Part shown: piece by piece, positions 38,670 through 52,640 of the stretch
How positions within the stretch are numbered: the first letter of the stretch is position 1
Layout of the letters: every line of letters starts with the position of its first letter
Source: Octopus vulgaris
Lineage: Eukaryota
NCBI GenBank assembly: GCA_951406725.2
Contig: OX597831.1
Coordinates: forward strand, 71,238,001 to 71,302,000
Direction of reading: 5' to 3'
DNA: 64,000 nt
Translations under genes and position numbers: made by a program
Notes under the pieces: model-generated
Told to the model about the DNA's origin: nothing
Database searches by the model: none
The model's input: only the letters and a program-made list of their open reading frames with translations

Positions 38670-41592
38670 TACACATATATACCCACCCCACACACACATC
38701 TCTCAACAAAACTTTTTTTGTCCAATACTTACCATTCCTCTTATAGCAAACTTGAAAATAATTCATAACAACATAGGAAGAGAAAATAAAACCCAATACT
38801 TGAGGTGCTAAGTACAACAAGAGTCATTCTCCTGTCATTCTCCAGTTGAATGACACCTATACCAAGCTTGTTTTGTCTGACCTCTGGCAGAAAACGTTAA
38901 CAAGAAATTGATGAATGTTAAATGTCACGTTTTAGTTACAGAAGTGTTTGTGATGGAGTTAGTGAGCTGTCTATCAAATCTTTGCTATCACCTGTTAAAG
39001 CAACGATGACAGTTTAAATAAACATCTGTTCTTTGCATTATATTTCTCCAACTTTGTGTGGAGTGGGACTTCTTTGTCCAGGTCATTCTTCAAGCTCTCT
39101 CTCTCTTTCTCCCTCTTTCTCTCCCTTTTTCTGTTTCCTTCCTTTGCTCCTTTTAATCTCCTTTTTATTCCTCTCCTGTTTTTTCCATTTTCTCTATTTT
39201 CAATCCTTGTTTTCTCACTCATTTGATTTCTTTCTCTTTTCCCTCATTCTCTGTATTTGTACTTCTTCACCATTTCTATCTGGTGTCATCCAATTTTTCT
39301 CATCCTCACATCACCACTCTTCATTTTCTTTTCATTAGTTCCTCTCTCTCTCTCTCTCTCTCTTTCTCTCCCTTTCCATCACCCTCTCTTTCTCTTACTC
39401 TCGCCTTATCTCACTTTCTCTTTTCCTCACCCTTTCTCCTTCTCCCACCTCTTATTCTCCAGTTGTTTTTCAACCTCTAATGTCTGTATCAATTATACTT
39501 CTAACGCCCATATAAAAAGCAGAGATGTTACAAATTTACAGTCAATTTGTTTCCATATTTGCAGATAGGACCTTACTCTCTTCCCTTCTAAATTGTAGTC
39601 ACCCTTTCTGGTGAAATGCTGAGTGAATCCCTACTGACTCCACACAATCCTTATATTCATCTTAACTGGCATTTTACTCATCACTTATACTCTGTGTTTT
39701 TTTCTGCCAAACTCAGTCCTGCTTCACATCTCCCACATAGTTTCATCATAGTGTAAATGTTTTCTAGTTACCAATATTCATTGTACAATCCTTAAGTACC
39801 ATCCCAATTTGGTGCCTTTCCATAATATACTGTTTGAGTTTTACTTCCTTTAATGGTACCTAATCTCAGGACTGCCTTCCCAGAATCATACACCCTTGGA
39901 GAAAACAATTACTGGAATCTGTAGTATTTATATTAATTGAGAGCTGGCTGTGGACAGCTGACACTTTCCATCATACCCAGCAAAAGAGAATTTTCATCAA
40001 ATAATAATAATAGTAATAATGATAATATTAATCATAATAATAATAATAATAATGATAATAATAATAATAATGGCAGCAAAAAAATGAAACAATCTCACAT
40101 GATGTGACTAACTGTAGCAAACAGTCCCAAAAGCACTACAAAAGAAGGCATGATAACATGGCTAAGAAGAAGAAGGAGGAGGGGGAGGAGGAGGAGGTGG
40201 GGAAGGAGGGGGGAGGTCAACTTTTTATTGATTTAGATCACCAAGCTAAAAGATGGTGGGTAATCTGATGCTGTGAAATGTAGCGATAGAACTTTCAATA
40301 TTCTAACCTGATGCTTTCTGGAATTCACCATGACCACCACTAGTAACATGAATACAAAGCTACTAAAAAGACTGTCGTAAACCAGCTCTGACAAATTAAA
40401 GATGGAAACTATATGATCTATTAACCCACTTAATTGTTCAGGCTACCTGCAGGAAGACGTTTGCTTTGTTACTTTGCAGTCATGTCGGATCTTAATTAAT
40501 GCTGCCACGCCAGCTTTAAGTCCATATCTCTGAGTCATGCATTAACGAGATATTGTTCTCTCATTGACAAATTCTTTCTCATCAATTGACTCCTTGGGTC
40601 ATGACTTTCTTTTAATTCATTTGTTGTCATTGTTGCTGTTGTTACTTAATTGCTTGCAATCATTAAGCTTCATCTTTATTTAATTTTTAACTGGAGGGAA
40701 ATTTAATTAGTTCATTAGATTAGATTGTATTCACCTCCTACTCTTCTCTTCACTTTCTTTCTTTCGTGGCTTTTACGTTTTACACACATTTTACATCAGT
40801 TTCATTTTTTAAACAATCATCATCGTCATCATCATTATCATCATCAGCAGCAGCAGCAGAAAAGGCAAGATTATACGTTTGTTTGGTTATTTATTTATGA
40901 CAGAAAAGTGAAATCACATTAAGAAATCTAATGAAAGTGACTTTCTTTTTTAATTTCCTTGATGGATATCAGTGGCCAGTCTTAATTTCTATTTGTCCAG
41001 TGTGTTTGTCTACAACAACATCAAAAACAAAGAACAACAACAATCCTTATCAGCATTGTCACCATGGTTATTGCCATCATTCCTTGTTGTAGTCGTTGTC
41101 ATCATCATCATCAGCAGCAATAATGAGAAACCCAAATACAAAGTCAATGGTATCAAGACAAACCTACCTACCGGGCCCCACTGGGATAGCAGTCGCAGAT
41201 GACATCAAGTAGGTTTGAGCCTGAAACAGTGGAGTACTGAAACTAGTTGTAATAAAATAACATCTCAAGTCTTGGCTACAATCTTACAAAGAAGCCTCTA
41301 CATAGTCACTCAAATGGCTGAAAATAGCAGCCAAATTACTCAAATCAAAGCTTACCATCATAAAAGAAGTAAGAGTAAAAGAGAAGAAATTAAACATTGG
41401 ATGATGTTGTACCTGGGATGACTGGGAAGTCTTTGACGATGGATCTACTGTGAGCGACAAACGACAAAAATCAGCACCAAGCATGGAACAAATAACAATG
41501 ATCTCTTGAAACAGTACAAAGTTATTAATTTCTGTGAAGGACACAATTGATTTTATTAACATAAGCAGATTGGTATTTATTTTATTGACACT

Positions 41593-41980
41593 GTGGCTGT
41601 GTGGCAAGTAGCTTGCTAACCAGCCACATGGTTCCGAGTTCAGTCCCACTGCGTGGCATCTTGGGCAAATGTCTTCTGCTATAGCCCCGGGCCGACCAAT
41701 GCCTTGTGAGTGGATTTGGTTGACGGAAACTGAAAGAAGCCTGTCGTATATATGTATATATATATGTGTGTATGTGTGTGTGTTTGTCCCCCCTAGCATT
41801 GCTTGACAACCGATGCTGGTGTGTTTACGTCCCCGTCACTTAGCAGTTCGGCAAAAGAGACCGATAGAATAAGTACTGGGCTTACAAAGAATAAGTCCCG
41901 GGGTCGATTTGCTCGACTAAAGGCGGTGCTCCAGCATGGCCGCAGTCGAATGACTGAAACAAGTAAAAGAGTAAAAGAGT
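41593..41980 (+). mobile_element. SINE-A, full length
   Basis: Matches the 5980 copy; GTAAAAGA tail. Confidence 0.93.
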
Positions 41981-43040
41981 ATAATAAAATGCACCCATAC
42001 TCTCCATGAATTCTTGGTGTTAGGAAGGACATTCAGCCATAGAAGACACGCAGGAAAGGAAATGTGCAACTAAAATGTGGTCTTTGACCCATCATAAGCA
42101 CTGTGACTCTGAATAAGAACTGATTTGGTTTGAGAAACTGTCCAACTCATATCAGTGTGGAAAGTGATTTAGGACGATGACAACACTGATGTTGCCGTGG
42201 TTACAAATATATGGAGATGGATGTACATACAGTAAATTGGGGTGGGAGAAAAATGGCACCCTATTTGCAAATTGGTTTGAAGATTTGGTAAAACAAAATA
42301 TGAAAATAAGACCAGCCCATCAATATTATTTGTGATCTTTATGTGGGATCAGAGCATTCTACAACTTGCTCTACATTTTGCTACAATCTCCTGCTGTGAA
42401 CTAGGGGCTCTGAAATTGACCATGAGCATCTTCATTCTGAACCAAACTGTAAAGAGCCCCACATTCTTTATCATTATCATCATCACCATTATTGTCATCA
42501 TGATTATAAGATCATCACCACGTCATCATCATCATCTTTGATGTCATTGTATTCATCTTTATCATCATCATCACCATCATTGTCACTATCATTACCATTG
42601 TTGTTATCATTGGTATGTAGTCGTCATCATCATTATTACCATCATCCTTATCATAATTACATTCCAATGAATTGTGAAGGCTACTGCTGTAGGGAACAAT
42701 AGGAAAGAATCTTACACCCTGCTCACTTTCCCAGGACTGTTATTAATGTATTCAACACATTATTCTTTGCAAAAAGTACCCTATAGAAATCATCAGCTTT
42801 CAAGATAAATTTTGATTAATAATTTGAAGTTGGATTATGCGTCTTATTTTTTTCCCCTCAGATATCAATTTCCATGTTTGATAAACTTAATAACCTTTTT
42901 TATTGTGGGGCATTATCTTCAAGGTGAAATAGCTAATGAATATTTCACATACAATGCTTAATTAACAATACCCTGTAAGGATATAAAATTGATTAAGTTG
43001 ATATTCAGTGAGCTTTGTATATTAACTCTCTCTCTCTCTC

Positions 43041-43102
<62 letters not shown>

Positions 43103-43276
43103 CATTGTTAATATTATCATTCATTCATTTATTTATTTTCATTATTAAGGCTGCAGATGTTTTTAGAATGTGTAGAGTTAATAAAATAAGGACCAGACAA
43201 GTTCCAGTACTGGGGTTAATTTCAGACAACTGTACTATTCCTCCCTTAATGGATGGTCTTGTGCTTATGTTAATGA

Positions 43277-43612
43277 AAGCACATGGCTCAATGGTTAGAG
43301 TATCGGGTTCACAATCATGTGGTAGTGAGTTCAATTCCTGGACCGGGCTGTGTGTTGTGTTCTTGAGCAAGACAGTTTATTTCACATTTCTGCAGTTCAC
43401 TCACCTGTAGAAATGAGTTGCAATGCCACTGGTGCCGAGCTGTATCGGCCTTTTGCCTTTCCCTTGGATAACATCAGTTGCATGGAGTGGGGAGGCGGAT
43501 ATGCATAGGTGATTGCTAGTCTTCTATAAACGATCTTGCTCAGAGTTGTGCCTCAGAGGGAAGCTTCAAGTGCAATTCCAGGGTCCATCATGACCGAAGG
43601 GGGTCTTTACCC
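43277..43612 (+). mobile_element. Old tRNA-headed SINE related to family B
   Basis: atggctcaatggttagag...gagttcaattcctggaccggg...tgtgttcttgagcaagaca head; different body. Confidence 0.65.
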
Positions 43613-43855
43613 TATTATCATTTTGGTGGTGGCAAGCTCACAGAATCATTAGTGTCATAAAAATGCTTTTGCAGTGTTTCTTCTGGCCTTCTCTTTCTAC
43701 ATTCTGAGTTCACTTCCCACTGAGATCAACTTTGCCTTTTCATCCTTTCAGAGTCAATGAAATAATGTAACACTTGAGCACTAAGGCTACATAGTTGATT
43801 TAACTCCTTCCCAGTTGCTGGCCTTCAACTAAAATTTGAAACAATTATTACTATT

Positions 43856-44466
43856 GAGTGAGAGAGAGAGCAATGTATGCCATCAAAGTGACACTGGAGT
43901 ACAAATATACAAAGCCTAATATACCCATCATGACTACATGTCTGATAAGGGTACACCAGGCACATGCATCACAACCATATGTGTGCAATATGGTGATCTC
44001 ATATCAAGATAAACAGTGCATGACCTTGCAGGTGGGGGCCTAGCTAGAATTTTCTTCCGATCGAATAGCCCATCCTGCTCAAAAGATCCCTAAATAAGGT
44101 TTGTTTAAGAATGATGAACAAATACCCGTGTTTCCAGATGAACAAAATACCCATGTTTCTAGAATTATCAAAACCCCAAAGAATTCCTCTCAACACATGG
44201 CTATGATGCTTCCCCATTACTTCTCCTCCTGATCAAAGATACCCATATTGTTAGCTACCAAGGGACATACTCAACTGGTTATGGTCAAATAAGTGACAAG
44301 CAAATCTGTGGTATAGAGCAGAATATTTGCTGTAACCCATCTTTTATACCAAGACAAAACATTGCACATGATAACACTTCTGATAAGTTAAGATTAGAAG
44401 CCATGAGAACCAGTGCCTGTTACTACATCCAATCTGCATGTTTGTTACAATCATTTGCCTTGACAC

Positions 44467-44470
<4 letters not shown>
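43856..44470 (-). mobile_element. Family E, second copy
   Basis: Colinear with 5059-5575; bounded by ATT repeats. Confidence 0.78.
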
Positions 44471-44559
<89 letters not shown>

Positions 44560-44560
<1 letters not shown>

Positions 44561-44757
44561 TTATGTTTGACTTTTGCATTTGTACAAGTTGGCTTTGAGT
44601 CTCACCCAGAGACCTCAAGAGACAACAAGTTAGAAGTTTGTGTTGGTGTTATGCCTAGGGTGCCATATATTTGGTTTTGTACATAATGTTGTTCTAGAGA
44701 ATGTTTAAGAGACCATAAGGAAATTATGTGTTTGTTTTAAAACTTGAGATTACATAT
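44560..44757 (-). mobile_element. Probable 3' UTR fragment of a second TAA-targeting LINE
   Basis: Unique 200-bp segment between two (TTA)n arrays, next to the Dong-like copy; no coding signal. Confidence 0.45.
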
Positions 44758-44803
44758 ATTATTATTATTATTATAATTATCATTATTATTATTATTATAA
44801 TTA

Positions 44804-44871
<68 letters not shown>

Positions 44872-44874
<3 letters not shown>

Positions 44875-45687
44875 TAGTCTCATTTTATCCCATGCTTTCA
44901 CTGCACTACCAAGCACAGCTCTGTGTAACTTGGGTATGTGCTGTGGTTTGTTGTAAAGCTCTGATGGTTGCTGTATTGAAAATGTTTTACGTAGGATGTA
45001 TGGAGTGCCTATTAATGCTATTTTCTGTCTGTTATATATATTTGTTAGTCCTGGTGTTTTTGCTATGTATTTCTCTGAATATTTTTTTATCATACCTAAT
45101 GTGCCCACTATAATAGGAATTGTTTCTGTTTTTAGATTCCACATTCTAGTTACCTCTATTTCCAGGTCTTTGTATTTTGAAAGTTTCTCCATTTCTTTTA
45201 GAGACACGTTGTCATCTGCTGGTATTGATGCATCAATTAGAAAGCATTTTTGTTCTTCATGATCTCTGACAACTATATCTGGCCTTTTGGCCTTAATTTC
45301 TCTATCTGTGTTTATTGGCATATCTCAGAGTATGGTTGCTTTCTCGTTTTCTGTGACATTTTTTGGGGTGTGCCTTTTCCTGTTGTTATTCCATAATGTT
45401 TGCATAGCTTCCAGTGTATGTAGGTCCCAACTCTGTCGTGTCTGTGAATATATTCCTTCTTAGCCAGGACTGGGCACCCAGAGACAATATGATTTATTGT
45501 TTCTTGTCCGTCTCCACATATTCTGCAGTTACTTGTTATGTTTCTTTTCATTACCTGTTTTTGGTAATTTCTGGAGGGGAGGCTTTGGTTTTGTGCCACA
45601 ATTAAAACTCCTTCAGTCTCTGCTTAGAATCCCGAGCTTCTCAACCATTGCTGGGATTTTTCTTTGTCTATTTCTTTTGCGTTTACC
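44872..45687 (-). mobile_element. 5'-truncated R4/Dong-clade non-LTR retrotransposon (CCHC knuckle + restriction-like endonuclease)
   Basis: SQQWLRSSG..QNQSL..CRICGDGQETINHIVSGC..RHDRV and RPDIVVRD..FLIDASIP..EKLSKYKDL..IPIIVGTLG; frameshifted; (TAA)n on both sides. Confidence 0.92.
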
Positions 45688-46929
45688 TTATTATTATTAT
45701 TATTATTATTATTATTGTTATTATTATTATTATTATTATTATCATTATTATTATTATTATTTTCATCATCATCATCGTCATCATCATCATCATCATCATC
45801 ATTATTATTTGGAAGGATCGTTAAAGCATTGAACAAAATACTTTGTAGTATTTCTTCTGGCCCTTTAAGGTTCTGAGTTCAAATCTCACTGAAGTCAGTT
45901 TTGCCTTTTGCCCTTCACAAGTCAATAAAGTAAAGTACCAGTGAAGTACTCAGGGGAATATAATCAACTAACCCATTGCTTCAAATTTCTGGCCTTGTCC
46001 CTATATTAGAAACAATTACAATTTGTAACATATTTCAACAATTTCACAGCTGTTTCTACTCAGAGTATATTTTATAACTGTTTATCATTTCTTCTTTTTT
46101 TTTTTTTTTTCGTTTTCGCATTTTCTCTTTTATCCCTATTAGAATCTTTTCCTTTCGTGAAGTTAATTGTTTCATTCTATATAGTTGGAAGGCAGCAAAC
46201 TGACAGAATTGTTAGCACACTAGGCAAAATGCTCGATAACATTTCATCTGTCTTTACATTCTGACTTCAACTTCCAGCGAGGCCATCTTTGTCTATCATC
46301 CTTTCAGGGTCAATTAAATAGGTACCAATTGAACACTAGGGTTCACTACCCTTCCCCCTACATTGCTGACCTCATGCCAAAATTTGAAATCAATATGCAT
46401 ATAGGGACAAGCCTGTCTATGTGATTAAGAAGCTCCCTTTTGCAGCCATGTGGTTGTTAGCTCCAGTCTTAGTGTGTAGCAGCTTGAGTGTCTACTAAGA
46501 TACACTCGGTCCAACCGAACACTTGGAAGTAAACTCGGTGGATGGGAACTGTGGATGCCTGTCATATGTATGTGTGTGTGTGTGTGTGTATGTGCATGCA
46601 CTTGTGTGTGCGTGCATGTGTGTGTTGTTTTTCTGCTTGTGTTTGTTTCCTCACCCACCTAGCACTTGACTTTGTTGGTTTGTTTACACCTTCATAACTT
46701 AGTAGTTCGTCAAAAGAGACAAATAGAATCATACATTTAAAAAATCAAGTACTGGAATTGTTGTTTGACTGCACCTTTCATAGCCATGCCTGAGCATGGC
46801 TGCAGTCCAATGATCAAAACAAGTAAAAGGTAGTAGTTTTCCATTTTTAGCTGACTGTGTCCTTTTTGTGTGCATGGAGGATATAGATATATATATATAT
46901 ATATATATATATGGAAATAGTAGTTGTGA

Positions 46930-47323
46930 TACCTGTGCTGGTGACACATAAAAAGCACCATCCGAACGTGGCCGATGCCAGCGCTGCCTTGACTGGCTTC
47001 CGTGCCGGTGGCACATAAAAAGCACCATCCGAACGTGGCCGATGCCAGCTCCGCCTTGGCTCGTGCTGGTGGCACATTAAAAGCACCAACCGATCGTGGC
47101 CGATGCCAGACCCCACTGGCACCTGTGCAGGTGGCACGTAAAAAGCACCCACTACACTCGCGGAGTGGTTGGCGTTAGGAAGGGCATCCAGCTGTAGAAA
47201 CACTGCCAGATCAAACTGGAGCCTGGTGCAGCCCCTGGCTTCCCAGACCCTGGCTTCCCAGACCCTGGTCGAACCGTCCAACCCGTGCTAGCGCGGAAAA
47301 CGGACGTTAAACGATGATGATGA

Positions 47324-47326
<3 letters not shown>
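46930..47326 (+). mobile_element. Family D element with three variable-loop repeat units
   Basis: Same unit stems and (GAT)n tail as the 22171 copy. Confidence 0.88.
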
Positions 47327-47362
<36 letters not shown>

Positions 47363-47363
47363 T

Positions 47364-47415
<52 letters not shown>

Positions 47416-48165
47416 GTGAAGGTGCATGGCTTAGTGATTAAGGTATTTGTTTCATGATTCCCAGCAGTGCAGTGTGTCCTCGAGAAAGACAGTTTATTTC
47501 ACATTGCTTCAGCCCACTCTATTGGCAGAAATGAGTAGTACCTGTATGTGCTATGCTGAATCTGACTGAGAACTACATTAAAGTCTGTGGAGTGCTCAGC
47601 CACTTGCACCGTAATTTCATGACACATGTCAGCTTAGGATGGTGGCTTTAGAATACTGTTTGTAGTTTCTGGTCTTTTCATTTTTTAAAAATTTGTTCAA
47701 TCCGCTGAACTATGTTGAAACTGGTTTATAATTACCTACCTACCTGTCTGCCTGTCAGTCTGCCTGCCTGCCTATTTACCTACTTGATTGCCTGTTTACA
47801 AATGTACCTATGTATGTACGCATGTAGACAAATGAGGTTTCTGTAACAGACTAAGAGGTAAAGTCATTGAAAAGGTTGCAGATAGCAAAGAAAGAGCTTT
47901 GACAAGCAAAAACAAAGCAAATGACTTGATGTTTAACCAAATTTAAGAAGCAATCATTTAGTTTGTTGGATATTTAATCAACTAATTAATCATAAAAGAA
48001 TGAAATTGACCCAGTGTGTGTGTGTTAATGACATTGGCATAATGACTTTCCCTAGACACAACAGTATATATATATACATACACATACACTCATGGACACA
48101 CATGCTCACACACAGACACACACACACACACAAGATTGAGAAGGAAAAGATGTCTATACCATTTC

Positions 48166-48551
48166 GTGGAGGCACAATGGCCCAGTGGTTGGGGCAGCGG
48201 ACTCGCGGTCATAGGATCGCGGTTTTGATTCCCAGACCGGGCGTTGTGAGTGTTTATTGAGCGAAAACACCTAAAAGCTCCACGAGGCTCCGGCAGGGGA
48301 TGGTGGTGATCCCTGCTGTACTCTTTCACCACAACTTTCTCTCACTCTTACTTCCTGTTTCTGTTGTACCTGTATTTCAAGGGGCCGGCCTTGTCACTCT
48401 CTGTGTCACGCTGAATATCCCCGAGAACTACGTTAAGGGTGCACATGTCTGTGGAGTGCTCAGCCACTTGCACGTTAATTTCACGAGCAGGCTGTTCCGT
48501 TGATTCAGATCAACCGGAACCCTCATTGTCATAATCGAGAGAGTGCTTCCA
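48166..48551 (+). mobile_element. SINE-B, full length
   Basis: tRNA-like head TGGCCCAGTGG...GGTTTTGATTCCC; flanking accattt duplication. Confidence 0.93.
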
Positions 48552-48564
48552 CACCACCATTTAC

Positions 48565-49210
48565 CATTTTAAAACTTATTCATGATGACTTCATCACAAC
48601 AAAATGGTGTGAGCTGAAAGGCTTATATTGCAGGACACCACCTTAATGTTGAAATACATTGTATTGGGTTAGTTCGTTATTGCTTTTCTGACTGATTGCT
48701 TTCAACTTCTGAATGTAAACTCAGAAATTATTTTGCAACAATCATGTGCAAGTTATTGGATGGTCAAAAAGATTTTGGCAATCTTCTATTCCTCAAGAGA
48801 TTCTATTAGAACTAAAGTGTGATATCTAAAAAAAAAAAAAGAAAAAATAGATGAAGTAAGGAAACAAAACCTTGTTTATTTGTTTGTTGTTGTGTTGTTG
48901 TTTGTGCTGATGACACATTGGGACCTGTCCATCCCAAATGAGCATAGAAAAAGAGATGTAAAAGGATGACAATAGTACCAAATAAGAGACTTACCAAGAA
49001 ATGCTAAGCAGTTCAAGGGTTTTTGTTTTGTAGAAGAATTTCTGGCAATCCTCAACTTTATGTCAATACTTTTTCATTTTCATCAACCAGTTTCAATCAA
49101 ATGATTTCCTTTGATTGCTGGCAAATTTATTTTTTCTGTATTTTTTTTTAATGGGTATTTTGGCTTGCAATGAAAATGTGTTGATGTAAGATGTGATCCT
49201 GGAGTTTATT
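48565..49210 (-). other. Candidate pair of spliced non-coding/5'UTR exons (49210-48995 and 48825-48565)
   Basis: ttttgcAG acceptor, G|GTAAGT donor, 169-nt intron ending in a long T tract + AG, second exon ends aaaATG|GTAAAT; stops in all frames. Confidence 0.35.
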
Positions 49211-49286
49211 CTGCAAAACAACAGCAGCTTAAAAATGGATATCAGTTGTAACAGCAAGTTCTAAACAATCAGCTACAATTACCTTT

Positions 49287-49838
49287 TGTAACGAACTTAG
49301 CGTGAATATATCTTCTCTTGTACTTTCGGGGTACAAGAGGCAATCACTAGCCGTTGCTTTAATAATCCAGAATTCTACCAGTCAGAAACAACAAGACGCA
49401 GACGTAAAAGATATATGTACTACTTTATTCTCTAATGTGGTAACAGTAACAATAAGTGGTTATCTGGTATCCCTTTGGTATAAATGTGTCGTGCTGAACC
49501 TTATCTCTGTAAAATAAGAAAGTGTTCAAATGCAACACGACACTGGTCAAAGATGGCGGCGAACAATGGAGACGATGTTGGTCTGCAACAATTTGGTTAA
49601 AGGCCTTTTGGTAAGGTGCTGCTAGAATCAAGTTCGGACGGAGAGAAAATATACATGACCGTCGCCTTCAGTCGCTGCTTGCTGGACGCTGGTGGTCAAC
49701 GTCTTACGACCCCCTTGCCTCGGCTAACTGCTACGTAGGCAAAAGGGTTCTTCTTCCGGTGGTGAAAGCACCAACCCCGCACGCGCGAAATACAAATGGA
49801 CGGTGCGCGAGCGTGCGCCGTTGTATAGGATCACTACA
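49287..49838 (-). mobile_element. Solo LTR (Gypsy-like)
   Basis: TG...CA ends with imperfect inverted termini, 4-bp TSD cttt (49283-49286, 49839-49842), CpG-rich, minus-strand AATAAA at 49424-49429. Confidence 0.8.
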
Positions 49839-49870
49839 CTTTCCTTTGAGAATTCCCACTGTGCTGTTAA

Positions 49871-50092
49871 CCCTTTCGTTACTGTATTTATTTTGAGATG
49901 CTCTGTGTTTCTTTCAATTAATTTTAAATATTAGAAAGAATTTAGTAAAATAACTTAGTTATCATTCAGCTAGTGTTAGGAACATAAATTGTGACTAAAG
50001 TTTGGTGGAAGATTTTAACTCAAAACTTATGAAAACAAGACATTTGTACCTCAGAGCCAGAGCTGGTTTCAACCGGGTTGGTAACGAAAGGG
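49871..50092. mobile_element. piggyBac-type MITE
   Basis: TTAA|CCCTTTCGTTAC ... GTAACGAAAGGG|TTAA: perfect 12-bp TIRs and TTAA TSD. Confidence 0.93.
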
Positions 50093-50174
50093 TTAAAGAG
50101 TTTAGTTAATCCAGTCATGCCCAGTTCTTATTATTTTCAATCTGGTACTTATTTTATCAGTTCCTCTTTGCTGA

Positions 50175-50400
50175 CTTCATTTATCCTCAATGCTGCATCT
50201 CTCACAAACGCCGACCAGGCCTGGCAATTTGAGGCCAATGACCGAGTGATCTCTAACCACTCCTTATTCCAGCGGCAAACGCCATAGACATGGGGGCCTA
50301 GGTTGGGTTCCAGATCAGCCAGGTTTTTCGTTGTCCACCACATTGCTTCGCCAACCCTGAAGGGGAGCTGGGGCAATTGCTTCACAGATGAATTCTCCTG
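50175..50400 (-). mobile_element. RTE-like LINE ORF C-terminal fragment
   Basis: WWTTKNLADL..WLEITRSLASNCQAWSAFVRD resembles the RTE C-terminal W..A.DR..W motif. Confidence 0.6.
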
Positions 50401-50655
50401 GTTGACAACCAGGAAGTTATCTTCGGATCGTTGTGACTATTTTAATTAACATCTACTCATCTCATTCTGAAAGGAGCCTCTTTCTACCACGTCCACTCTT
50501 GTTCTCCTACAAACACGTATCTTGATGCTTCACAGTTATGTTGCTAGCAGTTGATCTAGCCATAATGAAATTCTTACATAGTGTCTTGTACCCATCGTCA
50601 GCAGCATGAGTATCAACAATCTTCTTCCTTAGGTTAGAACTGTGCTTTTGCACCT
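50400..50655 (-). pseudogene. Tc1-like transposase N-terminal (paired-like HTH) relic
   Basis: SSNLRKKIVDTHAADDGYKTLCKNFIMARSTASNI..SGRGRKRLLSE*DE*ML..NDPKIT. Confidence 0.75.
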
Positions 50656-50675
50656 TCATCAAAATATCGCAGATA

Positions 50676-51060
50676 GAATGGAAGCACTCCGTCGGTTACG
50701 ACGACGAGGGTTCCAGTTGATCTGATCAACGGAACAGCCTGCTCGTGAAATTAACGTGTAAGTGGCTGAGCACTCCACAGACACGTGCACCCTTAACGTA
50801 GTTCTCGGGGATATTCAGCGTGACACAGAGAGTGACAAGGCCGGCCCTTTGAAATACAGGTACAACAAAACAGGAAGTAAGAGTGAGAGAAAGTTGTGGT
50901 GAAAGAGTACAGCAGGGATCACCACCATCCCTGCCGGAACCTCATGGAGCTTTAGGTGTTTTCGCTCAATAAACACTCACAACGCCCGGTCTGGGAATCG
51001 AAACCGCGATCCTACGACCACGAATCCGCTGCCCTAACCACTGGGCCATTGCGCCTCCAC
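50676..51060 (-). mobile_element. SINE-B, full length
   Basis: Reverse complement of the 48166 copy; TSD cagatagaat. Confidence 0.93.
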
Positions 51061-51225
51061 CACAGATAGAATAGTTTATTGACCAAAAGAAGGTTGCAAC
51101 AAGATTGTGCAAGCAATGCCATGTAGCCTTGCCATGCATTCTTCTAGAACTTACTGTAGTTTTGAACTTTCTCAGGATGATGTAACCTCTTTTTATGATA
51201 TGTATTCTTATATTCTTGTATTCTG

Positions 51226-51460
51226 AAGGCTGCGAGCTGGCAGAAACATTAGCACGCTGGGCGAAATGCTTAGTGGTATTTCGTCTGTCGCTACACTCTG
51301 AGTTCAAATTCCGCCGAGGTCGACTTTGCCTTTCATCCTTTCGGGGTCGATTAAATAAGTACCAGTTACGCACTGGGGTCGATGTAATCGACTTAATCCG
51401 TTTGTCTGTTCTTGTTTGTCCTCTCTGTGTTTAGCCCCTTGTGGGCTGTAAAGAAATAGG
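51226..51460 (+). mobile_element. SINE-C, full length
   Basis: Matches the 30309 copy; tatgtattcttatatt present on both sides. Confidence 0.92.
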
Positions 51461-51827
51461 TATGTATTCTTATATTGTAGCCCATATCAGTGTGTTTTAC
51501 AATGCAGTAATCAAATTGTTATGTAGGTGCCAATAATTTTGGGCTACACTTGAAACTATTATTACCAGGTTACACATTACCAGACGTCCTCCTTTGGTAA
51601 AATTTATGCTTTTGTTGTTCACATTCTTGTGACATAAGAGCATTTTCATAGACATCTTATTTAGTGAGAAACTCAGTAAAAACCTATTTTTCACAAGGAG
51701 TGCCAATAATTGTGCACCTGACTATATAAATTAATCAGAGACAGAAAATGGAATTCATGAGATTCCTTATTTAAAACCACTACAATTGTTTCAACTCATT
51801 CTTAAAATAATCCTTATGCTTTTGTCT

Positions 51828-52640
<813 letters not shown>

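Noticed and set aside
41284-41799. 171-aa minus-strand ORF
   Set aside because: Starts within SINE-A; the remainder has no recognisable motif.
49545-49830. CpG-island promoter of a host gene with ATG (MAANNGDDVGLQQFG*)
   Set aside because: The ORF is only 15 codons and the segment lies within TG...CA ends with a TSD, so it is better explained as a solo LTR.
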